From: the human T2T-CHM13v2.0 reference genome, Homo sapiens
Reading direction: 5' to 3' (one strand)
NCBI RefSeq assembly: GCF_009914755.1
Contig: NC_060928.1
Length of the DNA stretch: 64,000 nt
The translations under genes were made by a program, and so were the position numbers. The notes beneath the pieces were generated by a model. The model saw only the letters and a list, made by a program, of their open reading frames with translations. It searched no databases and had not been told where the DNA came from. Positions 1 to 17,573 of the stretch are shown in pieces; position 1 is the first letter of the stretch, and each line of letters opens with the position of its first letter.

Positions 1-470
1 ATCTAATTTTTTTTTTTAACCATGAGCATGAACAGTGTTGCTTATTTTCCTGACTACCTTGGATGGCCCCCAGAATCATATTATTCTAATTGCCAACTAG
101 AGGCCATCCCATTCTTCAGCCCACCACCCTCCAAGCTACCCTCCATTGTGTACCATGAACTGTAATCCAAGCAGCTCTCTTGTTGGGGTTAAAGGCCTCT
201 AGTCCCACCTATATGCCTTTCTCTTGCTCTGTTCCCCAGCCAGCCCTTCACCCCAGCCAGGCTGGCTAATGTACTACCCATGTAAACCAAAAATAAAAGT
301 TTAAGTCACTCAACGGACTGAATGGACCCCCCTTCTTGGCCAAAGGAATTCTAAAGTAAACCTGAAAAATTAGTTCAGGCCATCGTGGGAAAGGGGGTTG
401 GACATGCCACATTATACCCTCCTTTCTTTGGAATTCAGGCACAACTGACCAGCATTAATATTAAAATAGG

Positions 471-870
<400 letters not shown>

Positions 871-1061
871 TAAAATGGAGATCTTAAGACTGACAAAACA
901 GGCTTTTGTAGCAATAAGATACCAAATTCCAACCTAACTCTAGTATCGTGCCACATGTCAGATAGCAGGCCCTGAAGGAAATTATTTTATCCTCAAATAT
1001 ATTTATCTGATGTATTTAGATATGGCCCCACAAAGCTGTCTCTTATGGGAGAAATGTATGT

Positions 1062-1149
1062 CTGGTCTTGAACTCATGGGCTCAAGCGATCCTCCCACCT
1101 CAGCCTCCCAAAGTGCTGGGATTACAGGCGTGAGCCACTGCACCTGGCT
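1062..1149 (-). mobile_element. Alu 5' fragment (~88 nt) without poly(A) tail
   Basis: Reverse complement of Alu positions ~1-88 (..CCCAAAGTGCTGGGATTACAGGCGTGAGCCACTGCACCTGGCT). Confidence 0.85.
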
Positions 1150-1904
1150 GAAATTTACATTCTGTAGAGAATCCTCTTCCCTTTCCAGGTTTTTTTTTTT
1201 TGGATCCTGAAGAGATTAGCTGAGAGTATGGCACTTTTTAAAGGTCTGAATAGGAAACATTTGTCATCTGTTGCCTCTAAGGGTGTCCACCTATGAGACT
1301 TCATCTACATAATAAGAACCTTAATCTCCACAACCCCTTATCTTAGCCCAGACACTCCTTTGTATTGATTCTGCGTCTTTAGATAATAACTTAACTCTCA
1401 ACCCATTGCCAAACAAAAAAAATCTTTGAATCCACTTATGACCTAGAAGTCCTCCAAAGACATCCACTTAGAGTTGTCTGGCCTTTCTGGACTGAACCAA
1501 TGTATACTTCACATGTATTGATTGATGTCTGCCTGTAACTCCCCTGAAATGTACAAAATCAAGCTGTAACCCAACCACAGAGGCACATGTTCTTAGGACC
1601 TCCTAGGGCTGTGTCATGCATGGGTCATGGTCCTCATATTTGGCTCAGAATAAATCTCTTAAAGTATTTTAGAGTTTGGCTTTTAAATCAATATCCACAA
1701 CAGGAGCATCACAGCCATTTGGCTCTAGGCCATCACTCATGATGTCCTTGTCATCCATTCCTCTTGGTTCTCTAGATCCTCTGTGTCATTTGAGGTCAGC
1801 TCTTCTGAAGTGAGGAACCCTGTCTCTGTGTTCCAATAGCATTCCATTTTCCCTATCAGGTACAACACCATGTGCTCCAACTCTCTACCTCCATCTCGCT
1901 CACT

Positions 1905-2020
1905 GGTCTGTGAGCTTTCTTAGAAGAGGGCCTGAGTCTTGTTCACTGGTGTCTGTCCAATGGTCCCAGTGGTCCCTGGAACATAGTCTGTACATGAGAA
2001 ATGTTTGTTGAATAATTGAA
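1905..2020 (+). mobile_element. L2 3' end fragment
   Basis: TGTGAGCTT..GTCTTGTTCAC..AAATGTTTGTTGAATAATTGAA, typical L2 terminus. Confidence 0.6.
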
Positions 2021-2094
2021 GCCTTGTCTGACAATTGATTTTGGTCCTGTATTTCTCCAAATTTTTAATATATTTATTGTTTCTACCAATGACT

Positions 2095-2230
2095 GATGAT
2101 CAGAATTACTGGGAGAGTTCTTATGAAATACAAATTTTCAGAGCTCTATTCCAGCTCTACCAAATTACAATGTAGAGGGGAGGAGCCTAGAATCTGTATT
2201 TCCACAAAGTTCTCCAGATGGTTCTGATAA
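2095..2230. mobile_element. MER5-type hAT fragment
   Basis: ATCAGAATTACTGGGAGAG..GGAGCCTAGAATCTGTATTT..CCAGATGGTTCTGAT. Confidence 0.55.
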
Positions 2231-2250
2231 TCTAGTTTGCTTTATATTAG

Positions 2251-4665
<2,415 letters not shown>

Positions 4666-4709
4666 ACTATATTCCTCAACACTCAGCACTTATATCTTGC
4701 TCTTGGCCT

Positions 4710-5003
4710 TTTTTTGGTTTTTTTTGATAAAGGGTCTCACTTTGTCGCCCAGGCTGGTGTGCAGTGGTGTGATCTCGGCTCACTGTAACCTCTGTGCCTC
4801 CCTTGTTCAAGGAATTCTTCCACCTCTGCTTCTCTAGTAGCTGGGACTACAGGCATGCGCCATCACGCCTGGCTAATTTTTGTATTTCTTGGTAGAGACA
4901 GGGTTTTGCCATGTTGGCCAGGCTGGTCTCGAACCCTTGACCCCAAGTGATCCGCCCACCTTGGCCTCCCAAAGTCCTGGGATTATAGGCGTGAGCCACC
5001 GGC
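4710..5003 (-). mobile_element. Alu (S/J)
   Basis: Antisense dimeric Alu. Confidence 0.95.
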
Positions 5004-5212
5004 CTCCGATTGTTTTATATTCATTTATCCAACAAATATTTGTTGAGTGCTGATGTGTGCCAGGCAGTGTTCTGGGCTTTGGGGTTCTAAATATAACTGA
5101 TCCATAACCAAATTATATTGAGGATAAAAGCTCCAATTTCTGCCTCATGAGAACCCAGTTTCAGGGCTGCTGCTTGGTCATTTGGCATCTTTGTATAAAT
5201 TGGAAAAAGTCA

Positions 5213-5535
5213 GGCTGGGCGCCGTGGCTCACGCCTATAATCCCAGCACTTTGGGAGGCTGAGGAGGGCGGATCACCTGAGTCCAGGAATTCAAGACCAG
5301 CCTGACCAACATGGGAAACCCCTTCTCTACTAAAAATATAAAATTAGCTGGGTGTGGTGGCGCATGCCTGTAATCTCAGCTACTCGGGAGGCTGAGGCAG
5401 GAGACTTGCTTGAACCCGGGAGGTGGAGGTTGCGGTGAGCTGAGATGCATACCATTGCACTCCAGCCTGGGCAACAAGAGTGAAACTCCATCTCAAAAAA
5501 ATAAAATTAAATTAAATTTTAAAAAAGAAAAAAAA
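5213..5535 (+). mobile_element. AluS
   Basis: Dimeric Alu with A-rich tail. Confidence 0.95.
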
Positions 5536-6004
5536 ATGTCGTGTCCTCTGAACAGACGCACCTCTGTAAGCAAAGAACTTCTCCTGTGGATGGACATTAC
5601 CTTGCACTGGATACATTGCAAGACTGGCTTGGTGAGAGGAGCGTGGGCAGAATTACAGCTGCCACTCACTCCTTGACTGGGTATCTTTATGCAGTGAACA
5701 ATTTATGCAACTGCTCACGCCCTACATGTTGTATATCTTTCTTGTTCTCTTCATTGATAAGCCTCAGAGCCAGAATTCAAATCCAGGGAGTGAGGTTACA
5801 GAAAGCTCCAGAAAGTCTGTGACCTTTGCTACAGACTATGCAGTTTCTGATGCATAGTGAAGACTCACCGAGTGGCAAGGGTATGGGTAGTAGTTGATAA
5901 TACTATATCTTCTTAGCTTAATCCACCTCTGAAGCAATTCTCTACACAAACGTGATAACTTGGCTCTTCCTAAAGACAAAAAGTATAGTTAAGAACTGAA
6001 TCTA

Positions 6005-6316
6005 GGCCGGACATGGTGGTTCACACAGGTAATCCCAGCACATGAGGTCAAGGCGGTCAAATTTCTTGAGCTCAGGAGTTCAAGACCAGTCTGGGCAACA
6101 TGGTGAAACCTGTCTCTACAAAATATACAAAAATTAGCCAGATGTGGTGACATGTGCCTGTAATCCCAGCTACTCAGGAAGCTGAAGTGAGAGAATCACT
6201 TGACCCTGGGAGGCGGAGGTTGCAGTGAGCTGAGATCACGCCACTGCACTCCAGCCCGGACGACAGAGTGAAACTCTGTCTCAAAAAAAAAAAAAAAAAA
6301 AAAAAAAAAGAAAAAA
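6005..6316 (+). mobile_element. AluS
   Basis: Dimeric Alu, TSD AAGAACTGAATCTA. Confidence 0.95.
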
Positions 6317-6719
6317 GAACTGAATCTATTTCACAGATGGACCTGTACTCCATTAACTTAAGCACAAATATATATTCAACAACTACAAAGAATACTGGTC
6401 CATTTTGGTGTTAATTACCAAACCTTTGTCACCAGAGCATGAATGAATCTTCACCAAGTAACATTATCTAGGAATTGGCCCTGTCTTTACCTGCGTCCAG
6501 TGCTACTGATGATTCAAGTAGAAGAGAACTGAGAATCATCCATTGCGTTTATCAATGTAGCAGTAACCTTACTGAGAGCAGTTTTAGCAGAAAGATGTTG
6601 GCAAAAGCTTGATTGGAGTGTGTCTCATAGAGAATTTTTAGTTTTGTCTAACTCAAAACTTAAAGAATGGAGCCTTCATTAGCTGTATTTCTATAGATCT
6701 CTGTATTTGATTTAGTTAT

Positions 6720-7114
6720 TGTCTTAGTCCATTTTGTGTTGCCATAACAAAATATCACAGACCAGGTAAGTTATTAAGAATAGGGATTTATTTCTTACCT
6801 TCTGGAGGCTGAGAAGTCCAAGGTCAAGAGGCCCACATCTGGTGAGGGGTCTCTTACTGCATCTTGCCATGGCAGAAGGTGGAAGAGCAAGAGAAGACAA
6901 GTGCATGAGAGACAGATGGTGGGGAAGAGCTCTGGCTGATCATGTCATTTCATCAGGAACCCACTCCCGTGATAATTAACCCACTCTTCAAGAACAGCAT
7001 TAATCCACTCATGAGGGCAGAGCCTCTTAACACTGTCCCACCTCTTAACACTGTTGCATTGGGGATTAAGTTTCCAACACATGAGCTTTGGGGGGAAACA
7101 TTCAAACTATAGCA
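6720..7114 (-). mobile_element. MaLR solo LTR (MSTD/MLT1A-like)
   Basis: TGTCTTAGTCCATTTTGTGTTGC...CATTCAAACTATAGCA with perfect 5-bp TSD GTTAT (6715-6719, 7115-7119). Confidence 0.85.
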
Positions 7115-7814
7115 GTTATATATGATATCTCTACTACTGCATGAACGTGCAAAGAGTATAGAAGCAATTTTCAGCCAGTTCTGCTGACATCTCTGCTGCA
7201 GTTGCCTTCAAATGTGAGTACATGTGGTAGGACCCTCTTTGCTGCAGAATAATAAGACTTGCCTGTGGTTGGCTGAGGACAGCTTGAGTCTAAGGGGAGT
7301 CTCTCAGCTTAATCAAAGCTCATACCTGCAGACCTTCCTGCACTTGCATGTGGAGCTCTGTGAACACAGGCAGCCCAGCAGGCACAGAGCGCTTGATGAT
7401 GACCAAGAACCCTAAGATGTGGTTGCTTGAGGGTGGGGGAGGGAGTGAGGGAGAAGAGGGGCAGGTAAAATTTTCAGTGTTTCTAAGAAGCATCTGGACA
7501 GGGATTAAAACTGCGGAAGGGGCCAGCAGAGAACTAAAGGAGGCCTGGTAAATTAGGCTTGGGCTGGAGCTCTGTGTGGCCTTACTGTGACCTGCTCTTC
7601 TGCCATTGTCTTCAATTACAAAAGGAGGCCACTGGCCTCTATAATCAGGAAGGTCTCTTCTGGTGCTCTGAGCTGGTAGTGCATGACTACAAGTTCCACG
7701 GGCTTAGAGCAATTAAAATTTTTTTTTTTTAGATGCTACAAGAAGTAGGGAATAGTGTTTCAGAATTAAAGTTTATTTTGGAACCCAATACTGCATACAA
7801 GGAATAAGATGTAG

Positions 7815-8224
<410 letters not shown>

Positions 8225-8229
8225 ATAAA

Positions 8230-8335
8230 TACCTTTCTTATGGGGTTTCAGTGGGGACTAAGTGAGATAAATGAATATGAAGAGCTTAGCATAGGGCCTG
8301 GCACATAGTAGGTACTCACTACTCATTAGTTGCCT
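8230..8335 (+). mobile_element. MIR 3' fragment
   Basis: AAGTGAGATAA..AGCTTAGCATAGGGCCTGGCACATAGTAGGTACTCA. Confidence 0.7.
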
Positions 8336-8447
8336 TCATCGCCACCAACTGTGAAGTAGGAATGGGCAAAAAGAGAATTAATCCATGTTAAAGACAGGAA
8401 AACAAGAGTCCATATTCAACTGGCAAGATATAGAAAGAGAACTGAGA

Positions 8448-8759
<312 letters not shown>

Positions 8760-9154
8760 TCACCAAGCTCATCAAATCAATTAAGCCGACTTCATTCAGT
8801 AGCCCTCTTCCTCCATTGTTAACCTAAACCACAAAAGTACCCACACCCAAATAAGTTCTTGCTTCTTCCTCCTGTGGAAGAATGTCAGAGTGGGTAAAGG
8901 GGCTTCTACTCAGTGTTAGCACCCAGGAGGAGGGAGATGGTCCTTTCTTTCTGTAGCTACAGGCGACATGTTGAAAAGCTGAGTGTGACCATAACACACT
9001 AGGTGTGATATTCCATCACACGGCATGGAGCCAGGGTTGTAAATCTGGGCAGACTGGGATTATGCTGTTCTACCTGGTTGGTTGAGAACAGCATCCTGTC
9101 CTCATTTAAGAGTAATTGTCAAGGATGGAAACTTAGTTTATTTCCCTGATATAG

Positions 9155-9473
<319 letters not shown>

Positions 9474-10109
9474 TAGTTTGATCTGAGCTGGAGGTGTTAG
9501 AATTTTGTTCTGTTCTATTTGGTTCCACAAGGAGGTATGCAAGCAGGTGTGAGAATGGAAGTGAGGAAAAGTCTCTGCGTGTAAGCATTCAAATTGCAGA
9601 CCTTCAGGGGACAAATTTTTTTGCTTTTATAATAGCTTATTCTTATTCACACCAATTCTCAAAATTAAATTTACTCATAAATGCTAATAGAATTATGTAT
9701 TATAATACACTGAGTCATGCCCTGCAAATACTTAAACACTTATTATGATAGTATAATGACCTATATTTTCCAAATTTTAAAATTATAGTATACTTGTTAA
9801 TTATTTTATTAAAATCTTACATGTTTGACACAGTAACTATATTGTCCTACATTCTCTTCCAACCCTTTCCAACTGTAGTTATATTTTAATAGAATTGCAA
9901 CTAATGTGTACATACTATTTTGTGTATTTTTTTCACTTAACATTTTTTCTAAACAAATTTCCATGTTTTCCCATAGTGATATTTATTTTATGGATGCATT
10001 TTTCTTGCTTGAATGGACACTGTAAATATCCATGTGTTTTTGCCTCTATTATTTCTCTAGGATCTCTTCAGAAGGTGTTTGTACCTCAGTCAGAAGGAAT
10101 AAATATTTA

Positions 10110-10750
10110 ATTTAATTTAATTTATGCATGTATATTTATTTATAGAGACAGGGTCTCACTCTGTTGTCCAGGCTGGAGTACAGTGGTGGAATCAGAATTC
10201 ACTGCAGGCTCGGATGCCTAGGCTCAAGTGATCTTCCCACTTTGGCCTCCCAAGTAGCTAGGACTACAGGCATGCACCAATATGTCCAGCTAATTTTTTT
10301 TTTTTTTTTTTTTGAGACAGAGTTTCACTCTGTCACCCAGGCTGGAGTGCAGTGGTTTCATCTCGGTTCACTGAACCGCCTCCATCTCACCTCCCAGGTT
10401 CAAGCAATTCACCTGCCTCATCCTCCCAAGTAGCTAGGACTACAGGCATGTACCACCATGCCTGGCTAATTTTTGTATTTTTAGTAGAGATGGGGTTTCA
10501 CCATGTTGCCCAGGCTGGTCTCGAACTCCTGACATCAGGTGATCCACCTACCTCAGCCTCCTAAAGTTCTGGGATTACAGGCGTGAGCCACCACACCTGG
10601 CCATGTCCAGCTAATTTTATAATTTTTTTGTTAGGATGAGATCTTGCTATGTTGTTCAGGCTGGTCTCAAACTCCTAGCCTCAAGTGATCCTCATAACTC
10701 AGCCTCTCAAAGCACTGGGATTACTGGTGTGAGCCACTGCACTGCACCAG
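10110..10750 (-). mobile_element. AluJ with an AluS (10294-10602) nested in its A-rich linker
   Basis: Inner Alu flanked by TSD ATGTCCAGCTAATTTT; the outer arms rejoin into one AluJ. Confidence 0.9.
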
Positions 10751-10848
10751 GTATAAATAATAATTTTATAATTCTTGTAAAATACTCAAAAAATTGACAT
10801 TGTGTTTATCTCTATCAGTTCTTAGTATATCTCTAAAATAATAATCTT

Positions 10849-11130
10849 GGCTGGGTGCGGTAGCTCACACCTCTAATCCCAGCACTTTGGGAGGCTGGGG
10901 CGGGTGGATCACATGAGGCCAGGAGTTTGAGATCAGCCTGGCCAATGTGGTGAAACCCCATCTCTACTAAAAACACAAAAATTAGCTGGGCATGGTGGTA
11001 TGCACCTGTACTCAGCTACTCAGGAGGCTGAGGCAGGAAAATTGCTTGGACTCAGGAGGTGGAGGTTGTAGTGAGCAGAGATCGTGCCACTGCACTTCAA
11101 CCTGGGCAACAGAGCAAGATTCCATCTCAA

Positions 11131-11169
<39 letters not shown>

Positions 11170-11175
11170 AATAAT
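10849..11175 (+). mobile_element. AluS with (AAAT)n tail
   Basis: Dimeric Alu; (AAAT)n microsatellite at ~11129-11172; TSD AAATAATAATCT. Confidence 0.95.
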
Positions 11176-11394
11176 AATAATCTCCTTTAAAGTTAGCTTT
11201 GATTGATAACAACATGCTGAAACAATGTGAAGATTAGAAAGATTTTTAACAAGGGAAAGGAACAAAAGTAGCTTTATTGAACATCTATCAGGGCAGTAGT
11301 AGGCACAATGCATGGATTTAGTTAGTAAGTGGCAAAACTGGGATCTTAACCCTGGCAGTCTAGCTCTGGAATTTATGCATTAAACCCCAATGCT

Positions 11395-11706
<312 letters not shown>

Positions 11707-11855
11707 CTAAACCTAACTTAATCCTTAAAGAATCCTCTGATGCATATGTGTTTAACCTCATTTTTACAGACGAAGCCTGAGGGGATTAAAACAAGAGCTC
11801 AAACTGAAGTGTATCTAGAAATTAAGCAGGTACAGGGAGTCAGAGTAAGAACATA

Positions 11856-12195
11856 CAGTCATCCTTGGTATTTGTAGGGGATTGGATCCAGGATCCCCAG
11901 CCCAGGATACTAAAATTCAGGGAGGCTCAAGTTCCTAATATAAAATGGCATGGTATTTGCATATAATCTATGCATTTCCTACCATATACTTTAAATCATC
12001 TCTAGATTACTTACAGTACCAAATACAATGTAAATGTTATGTAAATTGTTGTTATACTGTATTGTTTAGGAAATAACGACAAGAAAAAAAGTCTGTGCAC
12101 ATTCAGTACAGATGCAATATTGTTTTCCAAATCTTTTCTATCAATAGTTGATTGAATCCATGGCTGCAGAACCCATGAAGATGGAGAGCAATCTG
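11856..12195. mobile_element. MER2 (TcMar-Tigger), near full length
   Basis: TA|CAGTCATCCTTGGTAT...GAGAGCAATCTG|TA with internal TTTAAATCATCTCTAGATTACTTA. Confidence 0.85.
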
Positions 12196-12358
12196 TAAAT
12201 TTTTCCTCCACTTTCTAATTTTTCTTAGACTACACAGTTCTCTCAATCTCTTTTGGTATACAAATATGTATAGTCATTGAGATGATAGTGGTTGGCATGC
12301 AGTTGGAAGTTGCAAAATTCATGCCTCATCTCAAGGGGCTACTCAGCCCCAGCTAAGA

Positions 12359-12671
12359 TTTTTTTTTTCTTTTTTTGAGATGGGGTCTCACTCTGTCACC
12401 CAGGCTAGAGTGCAGTAGCATGATCACGGCTCACTGCAGCCTTGACTGCCTGGGCTCAAGCAATTCTCCCACTTTACTCTCCCAAGTAGCTGTGACCGCA
12501 GGTGCATGCCACCATAACTGGCTAATTTTTATTATTATTATTATTATTTGTAGAGACGATGTCTTGCTATGTTGCCCAGGCTGGTCTCAAAGCGATCCTG
12601 GGCTCAAGCGATCCTCCAGCCTTGGCCTCTCAAAGTGTTGGGATTACAGGTGTGAGTCACTGTGCCCAGCC
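12359..12671 (-). mobile_element. AluJ
   Basis: CTGCAGCCTTGA..GGGCTCAAGC J-type diagnostics. Confidence 0.9.
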
Positions 12672-12717
12672 CCAGTTAAGTGTTGTGATGAGGAACAGCC
12701 GGCCCTACATGGCCAAG

Positions 12718-13250
12718 TGTTTCAGTTAGTTATTGTTATGTAACAAACTACCCCCAAAGCTCAGTAGCTTAAAACAATAGGCACTTATTATTGTCTACAA
12801 CCTATGAATCAGGTGGTTGGGCCTTCTACTCTTGGCTGGAATTGCTCATGCATGTGTGGTTAGCAGGTGGGTGAGCGGTGGGCTGGCTTTGCTAATCTTG
12901 GCTAGGTCCCTTCACATGTCTTGAGTCTTGGCTGGAACAACTGAGACAACTTGGTATGGTCTCTCATCCTTCAGCAGGCCAGCCCAAGGTTGTTCACATG
13001 GGGTCTTCAAAGGTTCCAAGAAAGAAAGAGAGGAAGTGTACAAGGTCTCTTAGGTCCAGGCTCAGAATGGAAAAACTATCATTTCTGTCACATTCTATTG
13101 ACCAAGACAAGTCACAAATCCAATCCAGAGACAAAGGAGGATGATATATTCAGCCTTTATGGGAAGAACTGAAAGCGATGTTGCACAGTGTGTAGACAAA
13201 GAGAGGGGTGAAAAATTGAGGCCATTATTTTTTTTGCCTCAATCTACCAT
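12718..13250 (-). mobile_element. MLT1 (F/G/H-type) MaLR LTR
   Basis: TATTG..TGTAACAAACTACCCCCAAA..GCTTAAAACAA start and CAATCTACCATA end. Confidence 0.7.
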
Positions 13251-13251
13251 A

Positions 13252-13411
13252 AGTCTTCCAAGTTTTCAGAAGCCAGAGATCCAGATCTTTATGTGAAATC
13301 TCCCAAGTTTTAAAAGCTTCATCGAATTTACAAACTTTTAAGACACTGGGGGGTCAAAGAGATCATATTAGAGCTGGATGTGGTTTGTGGGCCATCGGTT
13401 TACAACCTCTG
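13252..13411. mobile_element. MER102-like hAT fragment
   Basis: GAAGCCAGAGATCCAGATCTTTATGTGAAATCTCCC..GTTTACAACCTCTG. Confidence 0.5.
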
Positions 13412-13489
13412 GGTAAATAACTTGCTCAAGTTTCTGTAGTAATTTGCTGAGGAGAACTGAACTTAGGTCTATCTAGACTCTAGGTCTCC

Positions 13490-13600
13490 ATTCATTCAGC
13501 AAACATTTGCTTGTCTTCTGAGTATAAGACTTTGACAAACAATGATAAATAAATCGCAATTCTTCCCTTAAGGGGCTTACAGTTGGAAGTGGGAGACATT
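13490..13600 (-). mobile_element. L2 3' end fragment
   Basis: TTCATTCAGCAAACATTT..AAGGGGCTTACAGT. Confidence 0.55.
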
Positions 13601-13748
13601 ATGTAAATGAACACTTTCTTCATGTGATTCAATGTTACAGATGCTTGTTGTGGGGCACACTTCTTCCCTCCCCTGAAGGGAACTTCACTGATATAACTCG
13701 GAGTCTCTTTCTTTGCCCTTTTATACATTCCACACCCTGGAAGTGGAG

Positions 13749-14111
13749 TGATATGGTTTGGCTGTGTCCCCACCCAAATCTCATCTTGAATTGTAGCTCC
13801 CATAATTCCCATGTGTTGTGGGAGGGACCCAGCAGGAGATAATTGAATCATGAGGGAGGTTTTTCCCATACTGTTCTTGCGGTAGTAAAGAAGTCTCACC
13901 AGATCTGATGGTTTTATAAGGGGTCTCCCCTTTCACTTGGCTCTCAGTCTCTTCTTGCCTGCTGCCATGTAAGATGTGTCTTTCACTTTCCACCATGATT
14001 GTGAGGCCTCTCCAAACACGTGGAACTGTGAGTCCAGTAAACCTCTTTTTCTTTATAAATTACCCAGTCTTGGGTATGTCTTTATCAGCAGTGTGAAAAC
14101 GGACTAATACA
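13749..14111 (+). mobile_element. THE1 solo LTR (THE1B/C/D), full length
   Basis: TGATATGGTTTGGCTGTGTCCCCACCCAAATCTC...GGACTAATACA; TSD TGGAG/TGAAG. Confidence 0.92.
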
Positions 14112-14419
14112 TGAAGTGACTTATCTACTTGGTAAATTTGAGGAAACAACTGTGTATGTTCAGTTTAGCTCTTCCCTTTATTCTCTTGCGGCCAGGCCTG
14201 GCCAAGGGTAGCGTGTGATCTCCCTGCTCCTTCGTGCTGCAAGTTCCCCCAGGACTGTAGCATCTCCCCAGCCCACCCCTGGTGAGCACTCCTGAGAATG
14301 GGCTGGTGATCCACTTGATTCTGTGGTTCATTTGGCTCTCACACTAGGCAATGTCTTCCTACCTATCTGTAGCAGTAATAAAGGTGACATTTGGCCTCCA
14401 GCTTTTTCTTCCCTTCTAT

Positions 14420-14707
<288 letters not shown>

Positions 14708-14820
14708 CTCTTCCCTTCTATTTCTTATCTTGTTCAGAACCCAGGTAGGGAAGAGAAATGCTATTTATTGGGCAGTTACCTCAAAGGACTCAATGGTGCT
14801 ATGATTAGGGTCTATATGTG

Positions 14821-14840
14821 CACACACACACACACACACA
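14821..14840. repeat. (CA)n microsatellite
   Basis: (CA)10. Confidence 0.9.
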
Positions 14841-14892
14841 TACACCTTCTTTACCCCACTGTAGCTTCATTCCCCACCTTGTCCCATGCACC

Positions 14893-15228
14893 TTTTTTTT
14901 TGTTTTCTTTTTTCTTTCTTTCTTTCTTTTTTTTTTTTTTTTTTTTTGAGACAGGGTCTCACTCTCTTGCCGAGGCTGGAGTGCAGCAGCACGATCATAG
15001 CTCACTGCAGGCTTGAACTCCTGGGCTCAAGCAATCCTCCTACCTCAGCCTCCCAAGCAGCTGGGACTATAGGCGCATATCACCATGCCTGGCTAATTAA
15101 AAAAAAATGTAGAGATAGGGGTCTTACTATGCTGCCCAGGCTGGTCTTGAATTCCTTGCCTCAAGCGATCCTCCCACCTCAGCCTCCTGAGTAGCTGGGA
15201 TTACAGGCATGAGCCACCATGCCTGGTC
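14893..15228 (-). mobile_element. AluJ
   Basis: Antisense Alu with J diagnostics. Confidence 0.9.
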
Positions 15229-15865
15229 GCCGCTGCACTTTCTTAGTTAGGTTAAGGGCTTGTGTTTCCCAGGAGAAAACGGGTCTGATTTCAAAGGACT
15301 CTTTAGGCTGCCTCCTGGGTCTCAGAGTTTCATGAGTTTATTTCCCTAAAGGGTCCTAAGCCATATGGGGTGCACACCTGGTGGGAGCTGGGACACACGG
15401 GAATGAAGAGCTGCTACCCTGCCCTCAGGCTGCTTCCCTCCCAAGGGAAACACTATGCCAAGACAGGGAAGCTAGGAAGTGCCCTGATGGTGCCAGGGCC
15501 CAGGCTGAGGAGAACTAGGTCCTGAGGGTCTTAGCGACAGGCCAGGAATGAAAACGTGACGAGTGCCCCTCCCATTTCTTTACATGAGGCCTCCATCTCC
15601 TAGCGTCTGTTTTTTTTTCCTGGCAACCTTCAGTGTCTGTTGTGTTGTGAGCACAGCTTGAGGGCAGTCATCCACCTCTTCACATATTTTCCATCCGTCA
15701 GCTGTGAGAGGCAGAGTGTCAGGTTGTTCAGGTTGGTGCAGCCCATCTCCCTCCCACCTATGGCGAGCCTGCTCCCCCGCTCACTCCCTTTGCTTTGCTT
15801 TGTTTTCCCTCCCTCCTGAGGAGCTGTGGCGAGATGAGTAGGAATTTAGTTGAATGGAAGGATTT

Positions 15866-16149
15866 ATTTTTGAGACGGAGTATCGCTCTGTTGCCAGGCT
15901 GGGGTGCAGTGGCATGATCTTGGCTCACTGCAACCTCAGCCTCCTGGGTTAGCGTGATTCTCCTGCCTCAGCCTCCTGAATAGCTGGGATTACAGGCATG
16001 TGCCACCATGGCCGGCTAATTTTTGTATTTTTAGTAGAGACGGGGTTTCTCCATGTTGGCCAGGGTGGTCTCGATCTCTTGACTTCGTGATCTGCCTGCC
16101 TTGGCCTCCCAAAGTGCTGGGATTACAGCCATGAGCCACCACGCCCGGC
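15866..16149 (-). mobile_element. AluS (Sc-like)
   Basis: Antisense Alu, TSD TGAATGGAAGGA. Confidence 0.92.
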
Positions 16150-16539
16150 TGAATGGAAGGAATTTTATTACTCTCTTGCAGTTTGGCAAGATGAGCTCAA
16201 GAGGGAAGCCACAACAAAGAAGGAGGCTGCTGCCATCATTAGGTGTCTGCCACGCCTATGAGTCAGTGGAGCCTGCACTTCCGTGGGACGCCTGTAGCAA
16301 GCTGAGGGGCAGTTCATGTTTTCCATTCACAAAGGAGTCTATGACCATTTTACCGTATCTGCGTAAGAGTCTCCATGACACAACAGTACCCACGTCACCT
16401 CAGGTTGGTAAATCAATCTGGGGCCCAAAGTAAACTTTGGTCTAATTGCCGTGGAAAGGATCTAGACTCGTTCTTTGACCAATGGACCCCTATCTAGGGA
16501 AGTAAAAAGCATGATGTTAGATGACCTGAATGTAAAAGC

Positions 16540-16868
16540 TTAAGTGATCTTGGGCAAATTATTAAACTTCCTAAATATCAGCTTCTCTAGTCCCAGCTAC
16601 TCAGGAGGCTGAGGCAGGAGGATGTTTAAGACCAGGAGTTCAAGGCCGTAGCGCACGATCGTTGTGCGTGTGAATAGCCACTGCACTCCAAACTGGACAA
16701 CATAACAAGATCCCTTTAGGAAAAATTAAACATTAGTTTTCTGTCCTGCAAAATAATAGTTTTCTATTGAATGGGATAATACAAGTATCCATCTCATAAC
16801 ATAATCAGGAAGTTTAAACAAGGAAATGCGTGTAAGACACTTAGCACATGGCTGAAGACTCAGTAAAA
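16540..16868 (+). mobile_element. MIR interrupted by an Alu monomer fragment (16588-16728)
   Basis: GTGATCTTGGGCAAATTATTAAAC..; TAGTCCCAGCTACTCAGGAGGCTGAGG..CACTGCACTCC; ..CACTTAGCACATGGC. Confidence 0.65.
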
Positions 16869-17264
16869 AGTTCCCGTCTGTCATTTCTGGGGCATCCTCA
16901 GTCTTGCAGGTGACGGTGAAATTAAAAGGTAGGAAGATGCACTACGTGGTCTAAAAGAGGTGGTCCAAGGTGCTGGGAAACACTTGGCCCCCAGGGCATT
17001 GAAATGACCCCCCACAGCCCAGCAACGTCTTTGGGTATTGGGTGAAGGCCTGAAACAAACCAGAGCGCAGAACTGCTGATTCCTTTTCCCATCCTGGACG
17101 CAGCAGGAGGAGGCAGGGCTCACATTGCCCCCACACACCTGGACAAAGCGGGAAGAACCTGTATTTCAAATACTTTAGGCTGAAGCACCCATTGGAAGGA
17201 GATCATCCAAGGGACCTTGAAGGGAAGGCTCTGAGGTCAAGTTGTTGGAGAAAGGGTGAAAAGA

Positions 17265-17573
<309 letters not shown>

